A stretch of DNA of 49,877 bases. Source: Bacteroidia bacterium. Its GTDB lineage: Bacteria; Bacteroidota; Bacteroidia; 2-12-FULL-35-15. Numbering within the stretch: the first letter of the stretch is position 1; each line of letters opens with the position of its first letter. Under the pieces are notes generated by a model, which saw only the letters and a list, made by a program, of their open reading frames with translations, was not told the DNA's origin and did not search any database. The stretch covers positions 1 to 49,877 of the forward strand of contig JBBSPS010000002.1 of assembly GCA_038258655.1 (NCBI GenBank), given 5' to 3'. The translations under genes were made by a program, and so were the position numbers. Shown here in pieces: positions 8,655-16,653 of the stretch.

Positions 8655-8817
8655 TTTCCGATTTTTTTTGCTTCATTTTTTGATAGACTTCGTAATCTAA
8701 TTCAGCTATTTTGTAAAGGAAATCTCTAATTTGAGAAACCTCTACATCGGTATAAACCGATCCATCTTTTTGTAAGATGGTTCTGCATTTTTCTAATTTT
8801 ATTTTTTCTCTTTCCAT
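8620..8817 (-). CDS. small hypothetical protein
   Basis: 65-aa charged helical ORF. Its last codons lie inside the palindromic hairpin. No known motif. Confidence 0.35.
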   Translation of the reverse strand: MEREKIKLEKCRTILQKDGSVYTDVEVSQIRDFLYKIAELDYEVYQKMKQKKSEIKGNKRSLTIS

Positions 8818-8879
8818 AAGTAATCTTACAAAATTTAAAGTTTCCCGCTTAAATAAAAAAATATTTGCAAAATATTTGC

Positions 8880-8921
8880 GTAGTTAAATAACTACATATA
8901 TATTTGTAGTCAAATAACTAC
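8880..8921 (+). promoter_or_regulatory. tandem palindromic operator candidates in front of the ArsR-family gene
   Basis: GTAGTTAAATAACTAC (8880-8895) and GTAGTCAAATAACTAC (8906-8921). Both are 7-2-7 inverted repeats, 26 nt apart, and the second ends 3 nt before the ATG. Duplicated AATATTTGC -7-like boxes lie at 8860-8879. Confidence 0.5.
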
Positions 8922-8924
8922 ATA

Positions 8925-9248
8925 ATGAATTTAAGACGAGACGTATTTCAAGCCATAGCCGATCCAACAAGAAGGGCTATTATGCTCTTAGTAGCATCAC
9001 AATCCATGACAGCAGGTGCAATAGCATCAAACTTTGACACAGCCAGGCCGACAGTTTCAAAACATTTGCAAATACTCACCGAGTGCGAATTGCTTAAACA
9101 AGAACAAAACGGCCGGGAAATTTATTATCAATTAAATCCGAAAAAAATGAAAGAAGTAGGCGACTTTATTGAACCATTTCGCAAAATGTGGGACAATCGA
9201 TTCAACAAATTGGAATCAGTAATGAAAAAATACAAAACCCAAAAATAG
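8925..9248 (+). CDS. ArsR/SmtB family transcriptional regulator
   Basis: 107 aa. [39 protein letters not shown] winged-HTH pattern. Confidence 0.9.
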   Translation: MNLRRDVFQAIADPTRRAIMLLVASQSMTAGAIASNFDTARPTVSKHLQILTECELLKQEQNGREIYYQLNPKKMKEVGDFIEPFRKMWDNRFNKLESVMKKYKTQK

Positions 9249-9254
9249 AATAAT

Positions 9255-9719
9255 ATGCAACAACAAACAAAAATTAATGCCGAAGATGGCAAACAGGAAT
9301 TAGTGATTACAAGGGAGTTTGATTTGCCATTGGAATTACTTTTCAAAGCGTATTCAGAACCCGAACTCATTGAACAATGGATGGGAACGAAAGTGCTGAA
9401 ACATGAAAGTAAAAAACATGGCAGTTACCAATTTGAAACATCACACGAAGGGAATGTGGTTTTCCGTGCAAATGGAACCATACACGAATTTGTTCTAAAT
9501 CAAAAAATCACACGAACTTTTGAAATGGAGAATATGCCTATTGGTGTTCAGCTTGAATTTTTAGAATTCGAAAAACTCTCTGACCACACCAGTAAGCTCG
9601 TTATGCATATCATTTATAAGTCAGTCGAACATAGAGCAGAACAACTCAAAATGCCATTTGTTCAAGGTATTAATTATGCTCACACTCGATTACAAGAATT
9701 ATTTAACAACAAAAAATAA
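9255..9719 (+). CDS. SRPBCC/AHSA1 (Aha1-like) domain protein
   Basis: 154 aa. This is the usual ArsR partner gene. ELVITREFDLPLELLFKAYSEPELIEQW matches the family pattern. Confidence 0.8.
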   Translation: MQQQTKINAEDGKQELVITREFDLPLELLFKAYSEPELIEQWMGTKVLKHESKKHGSYQFETSHEGNVVFRANGTIHEFVLNQKITRTFEMENMPIGVQLEFLEFEKLSDHTSKLVMHIIYKSVEHRAEQLKMPFVQGINYAHTRLQELFNNKK

Positions 9720-9726
9720 AATCAAC

Positions 9727-10107
9727 ATGACAAAAAGAAATAAAATCATTTATTGGGTAGCCACAAGTCTTTTGGCTATTGGTATGTTGCAAAGCGGAAT
9801 TTTTTCGGTACTCAGAGCAAAACAATGGGTTGACTTGGTAACTGGCTTGGGTTATCCGGTTTATTTTTTGACAATACTTGGGGTATGGAAAATTCTTGGA
9901 GTTGTAGTTATTTTAATTCCACGGTTTAAACTTCTTAAAGAATGGGCGTATGCAGGTTTCTTTTTCGCAATGACGGGTGCATTGATTTCTCATTTGGCTA
10001 TGGGCGATAGTGGCAAAGCAATCCTTGGCCCTTTATTTCAAATAGTATTTGTTATTTTGTCGTGGTATTTCAGACCTGCAGACAGAAAAATGAATTTAGC
10101 TAATTAG
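9727..10107 (+). CDS. DoxX-like membrane protein
   Basis: I start it at the ATG at 9727 (MTKRNKIIYW). Four hydrophobic helices. The KEWAYAGFFF motif is shared with 13927-14298. Confidence 0.7.
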   Translation: MTKRNKIIYWVATSLLAIGMLQSGIFSVLRAKQWVDLVTGLGYPVYFLTILGVWKILGVVVILIPRFKLLKEWAYAGFFFAMTGALISHLAMGDSGKAILGPLFQIVFVILSWYFRPADRKMNLAN

Positions 10108-10131
10108 TCTGTATATTTAATCTGGTCAGAA

Positions 10132-10428
10132 ATGATAGACAAAGAAAAAATGGCAAAAAAAATAATCGCTGAAGGCGTGGTACACGAAGTGCCTATGGAT
10201 TTAAGGAAAGCTATAGTTGCCAATTCAGATGTACTCGAATTATGGAACGGTCTTACCCCACTCGCCCGTAACGAATGGATTTGCTGGACTACAATTGTCA
10301 AACAAGCAGAAACAAGAAAAGAGCATATAAAACGACTATGTGAAGAACTTCTTGAAGGAAAGCGTAGACCTTGTTGTTGGCCAGGCTGTCCGCATCGCAG
10401 ACCAAATGCCAAAAAGTGGTTTAAGTAA
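10132..10428 (+). CDS. YdeI/OmpD-associated family protein
   Basis: 98 aa. LTPLARNEWICW and a C-terminal RRPCCWPGCPHR motif typical of this family. Confidence 0.7.
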   Translation: MIDKEKMAKKIIAEGVVHEVPMDLRKAIVANSDVLELWNGLTPLARNEWICWTTIVKQAETRKEHIKRLCEELLEGKRRPCCWPGCPHRRPNAKKWFK

Positions 10429-10432
10429 CCCA

Positions 10433-10545
10433 ACCTGATAAAGCCTTATTTATCAGGGGTTTTTGGTTAGATAATGTTGCTTCGAAATACAAGACAGTTT
10501 TTTTTCAATTAGTTATGCGTTCGAGTTCGAAAGGCGCTTTGAAAA
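10433..10545 (+). repeat. intergenic repeat copy D (hairpin + 3' module only)
   Basis: cctgataaagccttatttatcaggggtttttggttagataa...cgaaatacaagacag...agttatgcgttcgagttcgaaa aligns with 1935-2035 and 2835-2935. Confidence 0.8.
10434..10464. terminator. bidirectional hairpin terminator inside repeat D
   Basis: CCTGATAA/TTATCAGG stem plus GGTTTTT. It sits between the convergent genes ending at 10428 (+) and 10569 (-). Confidence 0.65.
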
Positions 10546-10568
10546 TTAATACTTGAATCGAGAGTAAT

Positions 10569-11552
10569 TTAAATAGCTAATTGAGGTGCTTTGTTGTACT
10601 TATTTCGATATTCAATAGGAGTTAATCCAGTAATTTTTTTAAACAAATCACGAAAGGCTTTCGTGTCTGTGTAACCCACATCATACATTACTTCGGTAAT
10701 ATTTTTACGACTTGATTCAAAACTACGTTTAGCAGCTTCAACTTTTACCCTTTGGATATATTCTATGACTGTGTTACTGGTAGCATTTTTAAATCTGCGT
10801 TCAAAGGTTCTTCTGCCAATTGAAAGTTTTTCGGCTAATTCATCGATTGTAATTTTATCTTGAATGTTGGCTTCAATAAATCCTTGTGCTTTTTTAATTT
10901 CAATATCGCTATGGTTCTTTTGCCCACTAAACATAGCAAATGCCGATTGACTATGTCTATCTATATCAATAGCAAAAAACTTTGAGGCAAGGATAGCGGT
11001 TTCTCTATCAGTATATTTTTCTAGTAAATACAGTAATAAATTCCATAAGGAATTAGCCCCGCCACTTGAGTAAATCTTTCCTTCGTCCGTAATTACTGCC
11101 CCATCTACAATTTCTACTTCAGGGTATCGCTCTTTAAATTCGTTATAATAAGCCCAATGAGTTGAACATTTTTTTCCGTTTACAAGACCTGTTTCTGCCA
11201 ACAAAAATGCACCAATGCACAAACTCGCCACTTCACTTCCTTTTTTGTACATGGCTTGCACCCACGGAATAGCTTTTTCATTAGCTTTAATCGCAGCGCT
11301 CACATCGCCATAAATAGCCGGCAACACCACTAAATCTGTTTTCGCTACATCTTTTATAAGTCGGTTGATTTTTACCGAATATTCGCCATCGTTGGTTTCC
11401 ACACGCTTGCTCATACCCACATATTCCACATCAAACAAAGGCTTTTTGCCACTGGCTTGTAAAAACTGGTTGGCAGATGTAAACAGGCGGTAAGCAGGGC
11501 TTATAGCTTCTATTACTGCATTTTCCGGAACATAAACAGATATTTTTTTCAT
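10569..11552 (-). CDS. GlxA-type AraC family regulator (DJ-1/PfpI domain + HTH)
   Basis: 327 aa. N-terminal DJ-1/PfpI-like fold with nucleophile-elbow-like SLCIGAFLLAETGL. C-terminal AraC HTH: SIGRRTFERRFK..GYTDTKAFRDLFKKITGLTPIEYR. Confidence 0.85.
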   Translation of the reverse strand: MKKISVYVPENAVIEAISPAYRLFTSANQFLQASGKKPLFDVEYVGMSKRVETNDGEYSVKINRLIKDVAKTDLVVLPAIYGDVSAAIKANEKAIPWVQAMYKKGSEVASLCIGAFLLAETGLVNGKKCSTHWAYYNEFKERYPEVEIVDGAVITDEGKIYSSGGANSLWNLLLYLLEKYTDRETAILASKFFAIDIDRHSQSAFAMFSGQKNHSDIEIKKAQGFIEANIQDKITIDELAEKLSIGRRTFERRFKNATSNTVIEYIQRVKVEAAKRSFESSRKNITEVMYDVGYTDTKAFRDLFKKITGLTPIEYRNKYNKAPQLAI

Positions 11553-11712
11553 TCAATTTTGAATTGTATTTCAATGCAAACCTAAAACATTTTCTTGTCA
11601 TAATCAACCCCTAATGTTGTCGTTTATGCCACTCATGAGTTTTAGATAGACACAGTATCTTTGTTACATGAATTTATAATAACATTAATAATATCACTTA
11701 AAAACTAATAAA

Positions 11713-12138
11713 ATGAAAAAAGTAAAATTCTCAATTAACATTAATGCACCCAAAGAAAAAGTTTGGGGCACATTGTGGAACGATGCCACATATAGACAAT
11801 GGACATCTGTATTCGCTGCGGACTCTCATGCAGTAAGCGATTGGAAAGAAGGAAGTAAAATTAAATTCGTTGATGGCAAAGGCGATGGTATGTATAGTAT
11901 CATAGAAACGAAGATTCCAAATCAACAAATGTCATTCAAGCATCTGGGCGAAATAAAAAATGGAGTAGAAACAACAGAAAATTGGGCAGGTGCAATGGAA
12001 AATTATTTTCTAACGGAAACAGATGGTGTAACAGAATTAAATATGGAAATGGATACCAATCAAGAATTTGAAAAATATTTTTCAGAAACATTTCCAAAAG
12101 CAATTGCACTAATAAAAAAAATTTCGGAAAACAATTAA
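11713..12138 (+). CDS. SRPBCC domain protein
   Basis: 141 aa. FSININAPKEKVWGTLWNDATYRQW is a START/Bet-v1-like N-terminus. Confidence 0.7.
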   Translation: MKKVKFSININAPKEKVWGTLWNDATYRQWTSVFAADSHAVSDWKEGSKIKFVDGKGDGMYSIIETKIPNQQMSFKHLGEIKNGVETTENWAGAMENYFLTETDGVTELNMEMDTNQEFEKYFSETFPKAIALIKKISENN

Positions 12139-12148
12139 AATTAAAAAA

Positions 12149-12571
12149 ATGACAAATCAAATTTATCCATGCTTGTGGTTTGATGGGCAAGCCAAGGCAG
12201 CAGCAGAATATTATTGTTCAATATTTAAGAATTCTAAAATAACTACCGACACGCAAATGGTTGTAAACTTTGAACTGAATGGAAAAAAATTCATGGGATT
12301 GAATGGTGGGCCACACTACAAATTTTCGCCTGCTACTTCTTTTGTAATAGAGTGCGAAACACAAGCAGAGATTGATTTCTTTTGGGAAAAACTTGGTAGC
12401 GGTGGTATTTATAATCAGTGCGGTTGGCTGGATGATAAATTCGGAGTTTCATGGCAAATTGTTCCAGCCATTTTAGGAAAATTAATGAGTGACCCCGAAA
12501 AAGCACCTAGAGTAATGCAAGCGTTTTTGAAAATGAAAAAGTTTGACATTGAAAAACTGCTAAACGCTTAA
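12149..12571 (+). CDS. VOC family protein (PhnB / 3-demethylubiquinone-9 methyltransferase-domain type)
   Basis: 140 aa. IYPCLWFDGQAKAAAEYYCSIF and GWLDDKFGVSWQIVP are typical of this small family. Confidence 0.75.
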   Translation: MTNQIYPCLWFDGQAKAAAEYYCSIFKNSKITTDTQMVVNFELNGKKFMGLNGGPHYKFSPATSFVIECETQAEIDFFWEKLGSGGIYNQCGWLDDKFGVSWQIVPAILGKLMSDPEKAPRVMQAFLKMKKFDIEKLLNA

Positions 12572-12577
12572 ATAAAA

Positions 12578-13003
12578 ATGGCAACACGGATCAATTCTTA
12601 TTTAACTTTCAGCGGCAATTGTCGCGAAGCAATGACATTCTATAAAGAATGTTTAGGTGGAGAGTTAGTTTTTCAAACAATTGGAGAATCACCAATGGCA
12701 GATAAAATGCCGGCAAAAATGAAATACAGTATTTTGCATTCCACTTTAACAAAAGGTGGTTTAGTATTGCTAGGTTCCGATATGGTTTCTCAAACAGGCC
12801 TTGTAAAAGGAAATGCTGTTTCGTTGTCGCTCAATTGCAGCAGTGAGGAAGAAATTAAAACTTGTTACGAAAAACTTTCTTTCGGTGGAAAAAAAGACCA
12901 TACTCTGGAAGATACCTTTTGGGGTGCTATTTTTGGCGACCTCACCGACAAATATGGCAATCATTGGTTACTGAATTATACAAGAGAAACTGATAACAAT
13001 TAA
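12578..13003 (+). CDS. VOC/glyoxalase-fold protein (PhnB-like)
   Basis: 141 aa. YLTFSGNCREAMTFYKECLGGEL..DKYGNHWLLN. Confidence 0.75.
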   Translation: MATRINSYLTFSGNCREAMTFYKECLGGELVFQTIGESPMADKMPAKMKYSILHSTLTKGGLVLLGSDMVSQTGLVKGNAVSLSLNCSSEEEIKTCYEKLSFGGKKDHTLEDTFWGAIFGDLTDKYGNHWLLNYTRETDNN

Positions 13004-13015
13004 AAAATAAACAAA

Positions 13016-13465
13016 ATGAAAAACAACAACGTAACATTACACAGAGTTTTTACCGCTAGTCCCGATAAAGTATATCGTGCATTTACTGATGCTGATGCTC
13101 TTGCTTCTTGGATGCCTCCTTATGGTTATGTAGCCATAGTTCATCATTTAGATATCAAGGTTGGTGGCAGTTATAAAATGTCTTTTACTAACTTTACTAC
13201 TGGAAATACACAATCCTTTGGAGGTGAATATATAGAAATAAAAGCAAATGAATTTTTAAAGTATACTGATAAATTTGACGACCCAAATTTACCCGGAGAA
13301 ATGATTACGACTGTATGGTTTAAAAAAGTACAATGCGGTACCGATATAAAAATTACTCAAGAAGGCATTCCTGAAAATATACCATCAGAAATGTGCTATT
13401 TAGGATGGCAAGAGTCTTTGGAAAAATTAAAAAAATTAGTTGAGCCTAATATTCCTGACGCATAA
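13016..13465 (+). CDS. SRPBCC/AHSA1 domain protein
   Basis: 149 aa. LHRVFTASPDKVYRAFTDADALASWMPP matches the family pattern. Confidence 0.8.
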   Translation: MKNNNVTLHRVFTASPDKVYRAFTDADALASWMPPYGYVAIVHHLDIKVGGSYKMSFTNFTTGNTQSFGGEYIEIKANEFLKYTDKFDDPNLPGEMITTVWFKKVQCGTDIKITQEGIPENIPSEMCYLGWQESLEKLKKLVEPNIPDA

Positions 13466-13506
13466 TTTAATGAATTTTGTATTTAAACAATTAAAAAAAA
13501 ATCAAA

Positions 13507-13914
13507 ATGAATAAACAAATTTTTATCAATTTAGCAGTAAGCGATCTTGCAAAGTCAATGAAATTTTATACTGCATTAGGGTTTTCTAACAATCTACAAT
13601 TCTCTGACGAATCAGGAAAATGTATGGTTTGGAGTGAAAGCATTTTTGTAATGCTTCTGACACACGAAAAATTTTCTTCATTTGCAACTAAACCAATTGC
13701 CGATACCAAAACTAATTTAGCGGGTCTTTTTTCACTATCGATGGAAAATATAGAAGCTGTGAATAAAATGATGGATAATGGTTTAAAAGCAGGTGGAATA
13801 GAACCAACTGAAATGAAAGATTATGGGTTTATGCAACAGCGAACTATAGAAGATTTTGATGGGCACACGTGGGAGGTTTTCTTTATGGACTTATCAAAAT
13901 TTCCTCAACAATAA
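13507..13914 (+). CDS. VOC/glyoxalase-bleomycin-resistance fold protein
   Basis: 135 aa. FINLAVSDLAKSMKFYTALGF..DFDGHTWEVFFM. Confidence 0.75.
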   Translation: MNKQIFINLAVSDLAKSMKFYTALGFSNNLQFSDESGKCMVWSESIFVMLLTHEKFSSFATKPIADTKTNLAGLFSLSMENIEAVNKMMDNGLKAGGIEPTEMKDYGFMQQRTIEDFDGHTWEVFFMDLSKFPQQ

Positions 13915-13926
13915 AATAATAACACT

Positions 13927-14298
13927 ATGAAAAATCAAAAAATAATCTTTTGGATAACTACTGGATTAATCTTTATAATGGAAGGATTAATTCCTGCATT
14001 TACATCTCAGACAGAACTTGCTAAAGAAGGCATAAGGCATTTGGGTTATCCTGAATATTTTGGAAATGCGCTAATAGTTTTCAAAGTTTTAGGTGCCTTA
14101 ACATTAATCATCCCCCAAGCACCGAAACGTATCAAAGAGTGGGCTTATGCAGGTTTTGCCTTTGACTTTATTTTTGCAAGTATTAGTCATTTTGCCATTG
14201 ATGGAATGAACTTTCAATCCTTTTTTCCTTTGCTATTTTTAGGTATTTTGACGGTTTCCTATATTTCTTATCACAAAATTAATTCAACTATAAATTAA
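13927..14298 (+). CDS. DoxX-like membrane protein
   Basis: 123 aa with four helices. Paralog of 9727-10107; it carries the same KEWAYAGFAF motif. Confidence 0.7.
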   Translation: MKNQKIIFWITTGLIFIMEGLIPAFTSQTELAKEGIRHLGYPEYFGNALIVFKVLGALTLIIPQAPKRIKEWAYAGFAFDFIFASISHFAIDGMNFQSFFPLLFLGILTVSYISYHKINSTIN

Positions 14299-14316
14299 CA
14301 GTAAAAAATAAAAATT

Positions 14317-14754
14317 ATGGCACTTATCAATCCTCACATTAACTTCAACGGAAATGCCGAAGAAGCTTTTACATTTTATAAATCAGTATTTGGCGGAGAG
14401 TTCGCAAAAATTATGCGTTTCAAAGACCTATCAAGTCCTGAATTTCCAGTAGCAGAAAACGAGGCAAACAAAATAATGCACATTGCTTTGCCCATTGGAA
14501 AAAACATACTAATGGCAAATGATGTTCCGGAAATAATGGGGCGAACAAACGAAAATGAAAACAGGTCTAAAATTTCAATTAGTGCCGAAAGCAAAGAAGA
14601 AGCCGACAAATTATTTAACGGACTTTCAGCAGGTGGAACGATTGAGATGCCAATTGGCGACAGTCCTTGTAATTCCTATTTTGGAATGTTTAGAGACAAA
14701 TATGGTATTGAATGGATGGTAGATTTTGACCCAAACTACAAAGGCCAAATTTAG
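14317..14754 (+). CDS. VOC/glyoxalase-fold protein (PhnB-like)
   Basis: 145 aa. HINFNGNAEEAFTFYKSVFGGEF..DKYGIEWMVD. Confidence 0.75.
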   Translation: MALINPHINFNGNAEEAFTFYKSVFGGEFAKIMRFKDLSSPEFPVAENEANKIMHIALPIGKNILMANDVPEIMGRTNENENRSKISISAESKEEADKLFNGLSAGGTIEMPIGDSPCNSYFGMFRDKYGIEWMVDFDPNYKGQI

Positions 14755-14799
14755 CTAAAAGAAAACAACGAACGCCTAACAGCATCCTTGCTCCATTGG

Positions 14800-14849
14800 G
14801 CGGAATCAGTCATCGTGGCGAGCAGAATTTTTTGCCGCTTCCGTTTTTT
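14800..14849 (+). terminator. intrinsic terminator after the VOC gene
   Basis: GCGGAA...(GGC..GCC)...TTCCG hairpin followed by TTTTTT. Confidence 0.5.
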
Positions 14850-15000
14850 ATTTGCTGCCACTAATTTTGTTGTGTATCTTTAAAATGCCTTTTGTCGGTT
14901 AAGTTCGTTGGTGTTTCAAAAGCCCAACGGCGCAAAGCCGCCAAACGCTGAGTAAGTAAAAAAATCACATTTCAGAGTTTGTTTTTTCTTGAGCATAAGA

Positions 15001-15372
15001 CTACAAATTCATTTTTTTCTTTACATTTTGTAAAAACGCTTTATCAGCAGTAGAATGCTTCATTCCAAATATCGCCACTGATTCAAGTATCGGTTTTAGA
15101 TCTCTCCCCATTTTAGTAAGCTCATATTTTTTTCGTTTTGAGTTACCTGTATATGCAATCAATCCAATTTCTGTTAGTTTCACCAATCTATCATTCAATA
15201 TATTGGTAGATATACTTTCATTCGATTTTAAAAATTCATTGTATGTGGTCTTTCCCAAATAAAGCATATCTCTTATAATCAGTAGCGACCATTTGTCACC
15301 TACCAAATCCATGGTACAGGAAATGGGGCATTCTGACCGCTTTTCTATAACTTTTTTAGCCTGCTTTTTCAT
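15001..15372 (-). CDS. HxlR family transcriptional regulator
   Basis: 123 aa. CPISCTMDLVGDKWSLLIIRDM is the HxlR signature. Confidence 0.9.
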   Translation of the reverse strand: MKKQAKKVIEKRSECPISCTMDLVGDKWSLLIIRDMLYLGKTTYNEFLKSNESISTNILNDRLVKLTEIGLIAYTGNSKRKKYELTKMGRDLKPILESVAIFGMKHSTADKAFLQNVKKKMNL

Positions 15373-15464
15373 TTCAATACAAAGATAATAAATAAAATAG
15401 AATTAAACTTGCAAAATGCAAGTTTGATTCTATATATTTGTGCACACATAAAAAATAATTAATC

Positions 15465-15962
15465 ATGGAGAACAAAAATTTTACAACAGCCATTTTGGTT
15501 GACAAAACACGGGAAGAAGTTTTCAATGCTATCAAAAATGTTCGTGGATGGTGGAGTGAAAATATTGACGGAAACACCGATAAACTTGACGCTGAATTTC
15601 TGTATCACTACAAAGCTGTTCATATCTGCAAAATGAAAATTATTGAATTCGTCCCCGAGAAAAAAGTTGTTTGGCTTGTCTTAGAAAATCAATTCAATTT
15701 TACCACAGACCAAAGTGAATGGAAAGGCAATAAAATTGATTTTGAAATTTCCGAAAAGGATAATCAGACACAAATCATTTTCACACAAATGGGTTTGACC
15801 GCTGATTATGAATGTTACAATGTCTGCCAAGATGCATGGACAAGTTACATTCAAGGTAGTTTAAAAGATTTAATAACCACAGGAAAAGGAAAACCAAACA
15901 CGAAAGAAGACGACTCACTCAATAAGGAATTAATAGAAAAATGGGGACTCCCTAAAAAATAA
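15465..15962 (+). CDS. SRPBCC domain protein
   Basis: 165 aa. TREEVFNAIKNVRGWWSENI. Divergent from the HxlR gene. Confidence 0.75.
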   Translation: MENKNFTTAILVDKTREEVFNAIKNVRGWWSENIDGNTDKLDAEFLYHYKAVHICKMKIIEFVPEKKVVWLVLENQFNFTTDQSEWKGNKIDFEISEKDNQTQIIFTQMGLTADYECYNVCQDAWTSYIQGSLKDLITTGKGKPNTKEDDSLNKELIEKWGLPKK

Positions 15963-15965
15963 ATT

Positions 15966-16403
15966 ATGAGCAAACAAAATTTTAAAGATTACACTTTCAG
16001 CTTTGAATCTGCTGAAACTCCACAAAACATTTTTGAAACACTTCTTAATGTTCGCAAATGGTGGACAGGCTTTTACGGAGAAGATATTAAAGGCAGCAGC
16101 AAAAAATTCAGTGATGAATTTACATTCAATGCAGGCGATGGAGTGCATTATTCCAAACAAAAATTGTTTGAGTTGGAGCCTAACACAAAAATTGTTTGGC
16201 AAGTGATAGAGAGCAATCTTTCTTTTTTGAAAAAAAAAGATGAGTGGACAAACACAAAAATCAGCTTTAACATTTCAAAGCAGGGAGATAAAAGTCTAAT
16301 CACTTTTACTCATCATGGTCTATTGCCACAAATAGAATGCTACAAGGACTGTTCAGGAGCATGGACGCAGTATTTGGAAAAACTTGCTGAGAAGCTTAGG
16401 TAA
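15966..16403 (+). CDS. SRPBCC domain protein (tandem paralog)
   Basis: 145 aa. TPQNIFETLLNVRKWWTGFY and ..CYKDCSGAWTQYL parallel CYNVCQDAWTSYI in the preceding gene. Confidence 0.75.
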   Translation: MSKQNFKDYTFSFESAETPQNIFETLLNVRKWWTGFYGEDIKGSSKKFSDEFTFNAGDGVHYSKQKLFELEPNTKIVWQVIESNLSFLKKKDEWTNTKISFNISKQGDKSLITFTHHGLLPQIECYKDCSGAWTQYLEKLAEKLR

Positions 16404-16445
16404 GTTATCTAAAATTCGATTTTTACTTTTAACAAATAAAATTAA

Positions 16446-16475
16446 GCCTATTTTAATAGGCGATCTGTTTTTAAT
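16446..16475 (+). terminator. intrinsic terminator after the SRPBCC pair
   Basis: GCCTATT / AATAGGC hairpin followed by a T-rich tract (gatctgttttt). Confidence 0.4.
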
Positions 16476-16653
16476 AGCCAAACAAGAAATTTATTTTCTT
16501 GGCAATTTCTTACCGCTAATTCAGTAAATTGATAATTATTTTCTCAAATCGCTGGCGGCAAAGATTATTAAGATTGAAAATCAATATGTTTAAAATATCA
16601 TCGCAATAAGGAGAGTTCTATGACTGCAGTTTTTTTTCAAGCCTTTGGTACTT

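Noticed and set aside
10104-10433. 109-aa minus-strand ORF covering the YdeI-like gene
   Set aside because: The + strand product carries a recognisable family motif (CCWPGCPHR). The antisense ORF has none.
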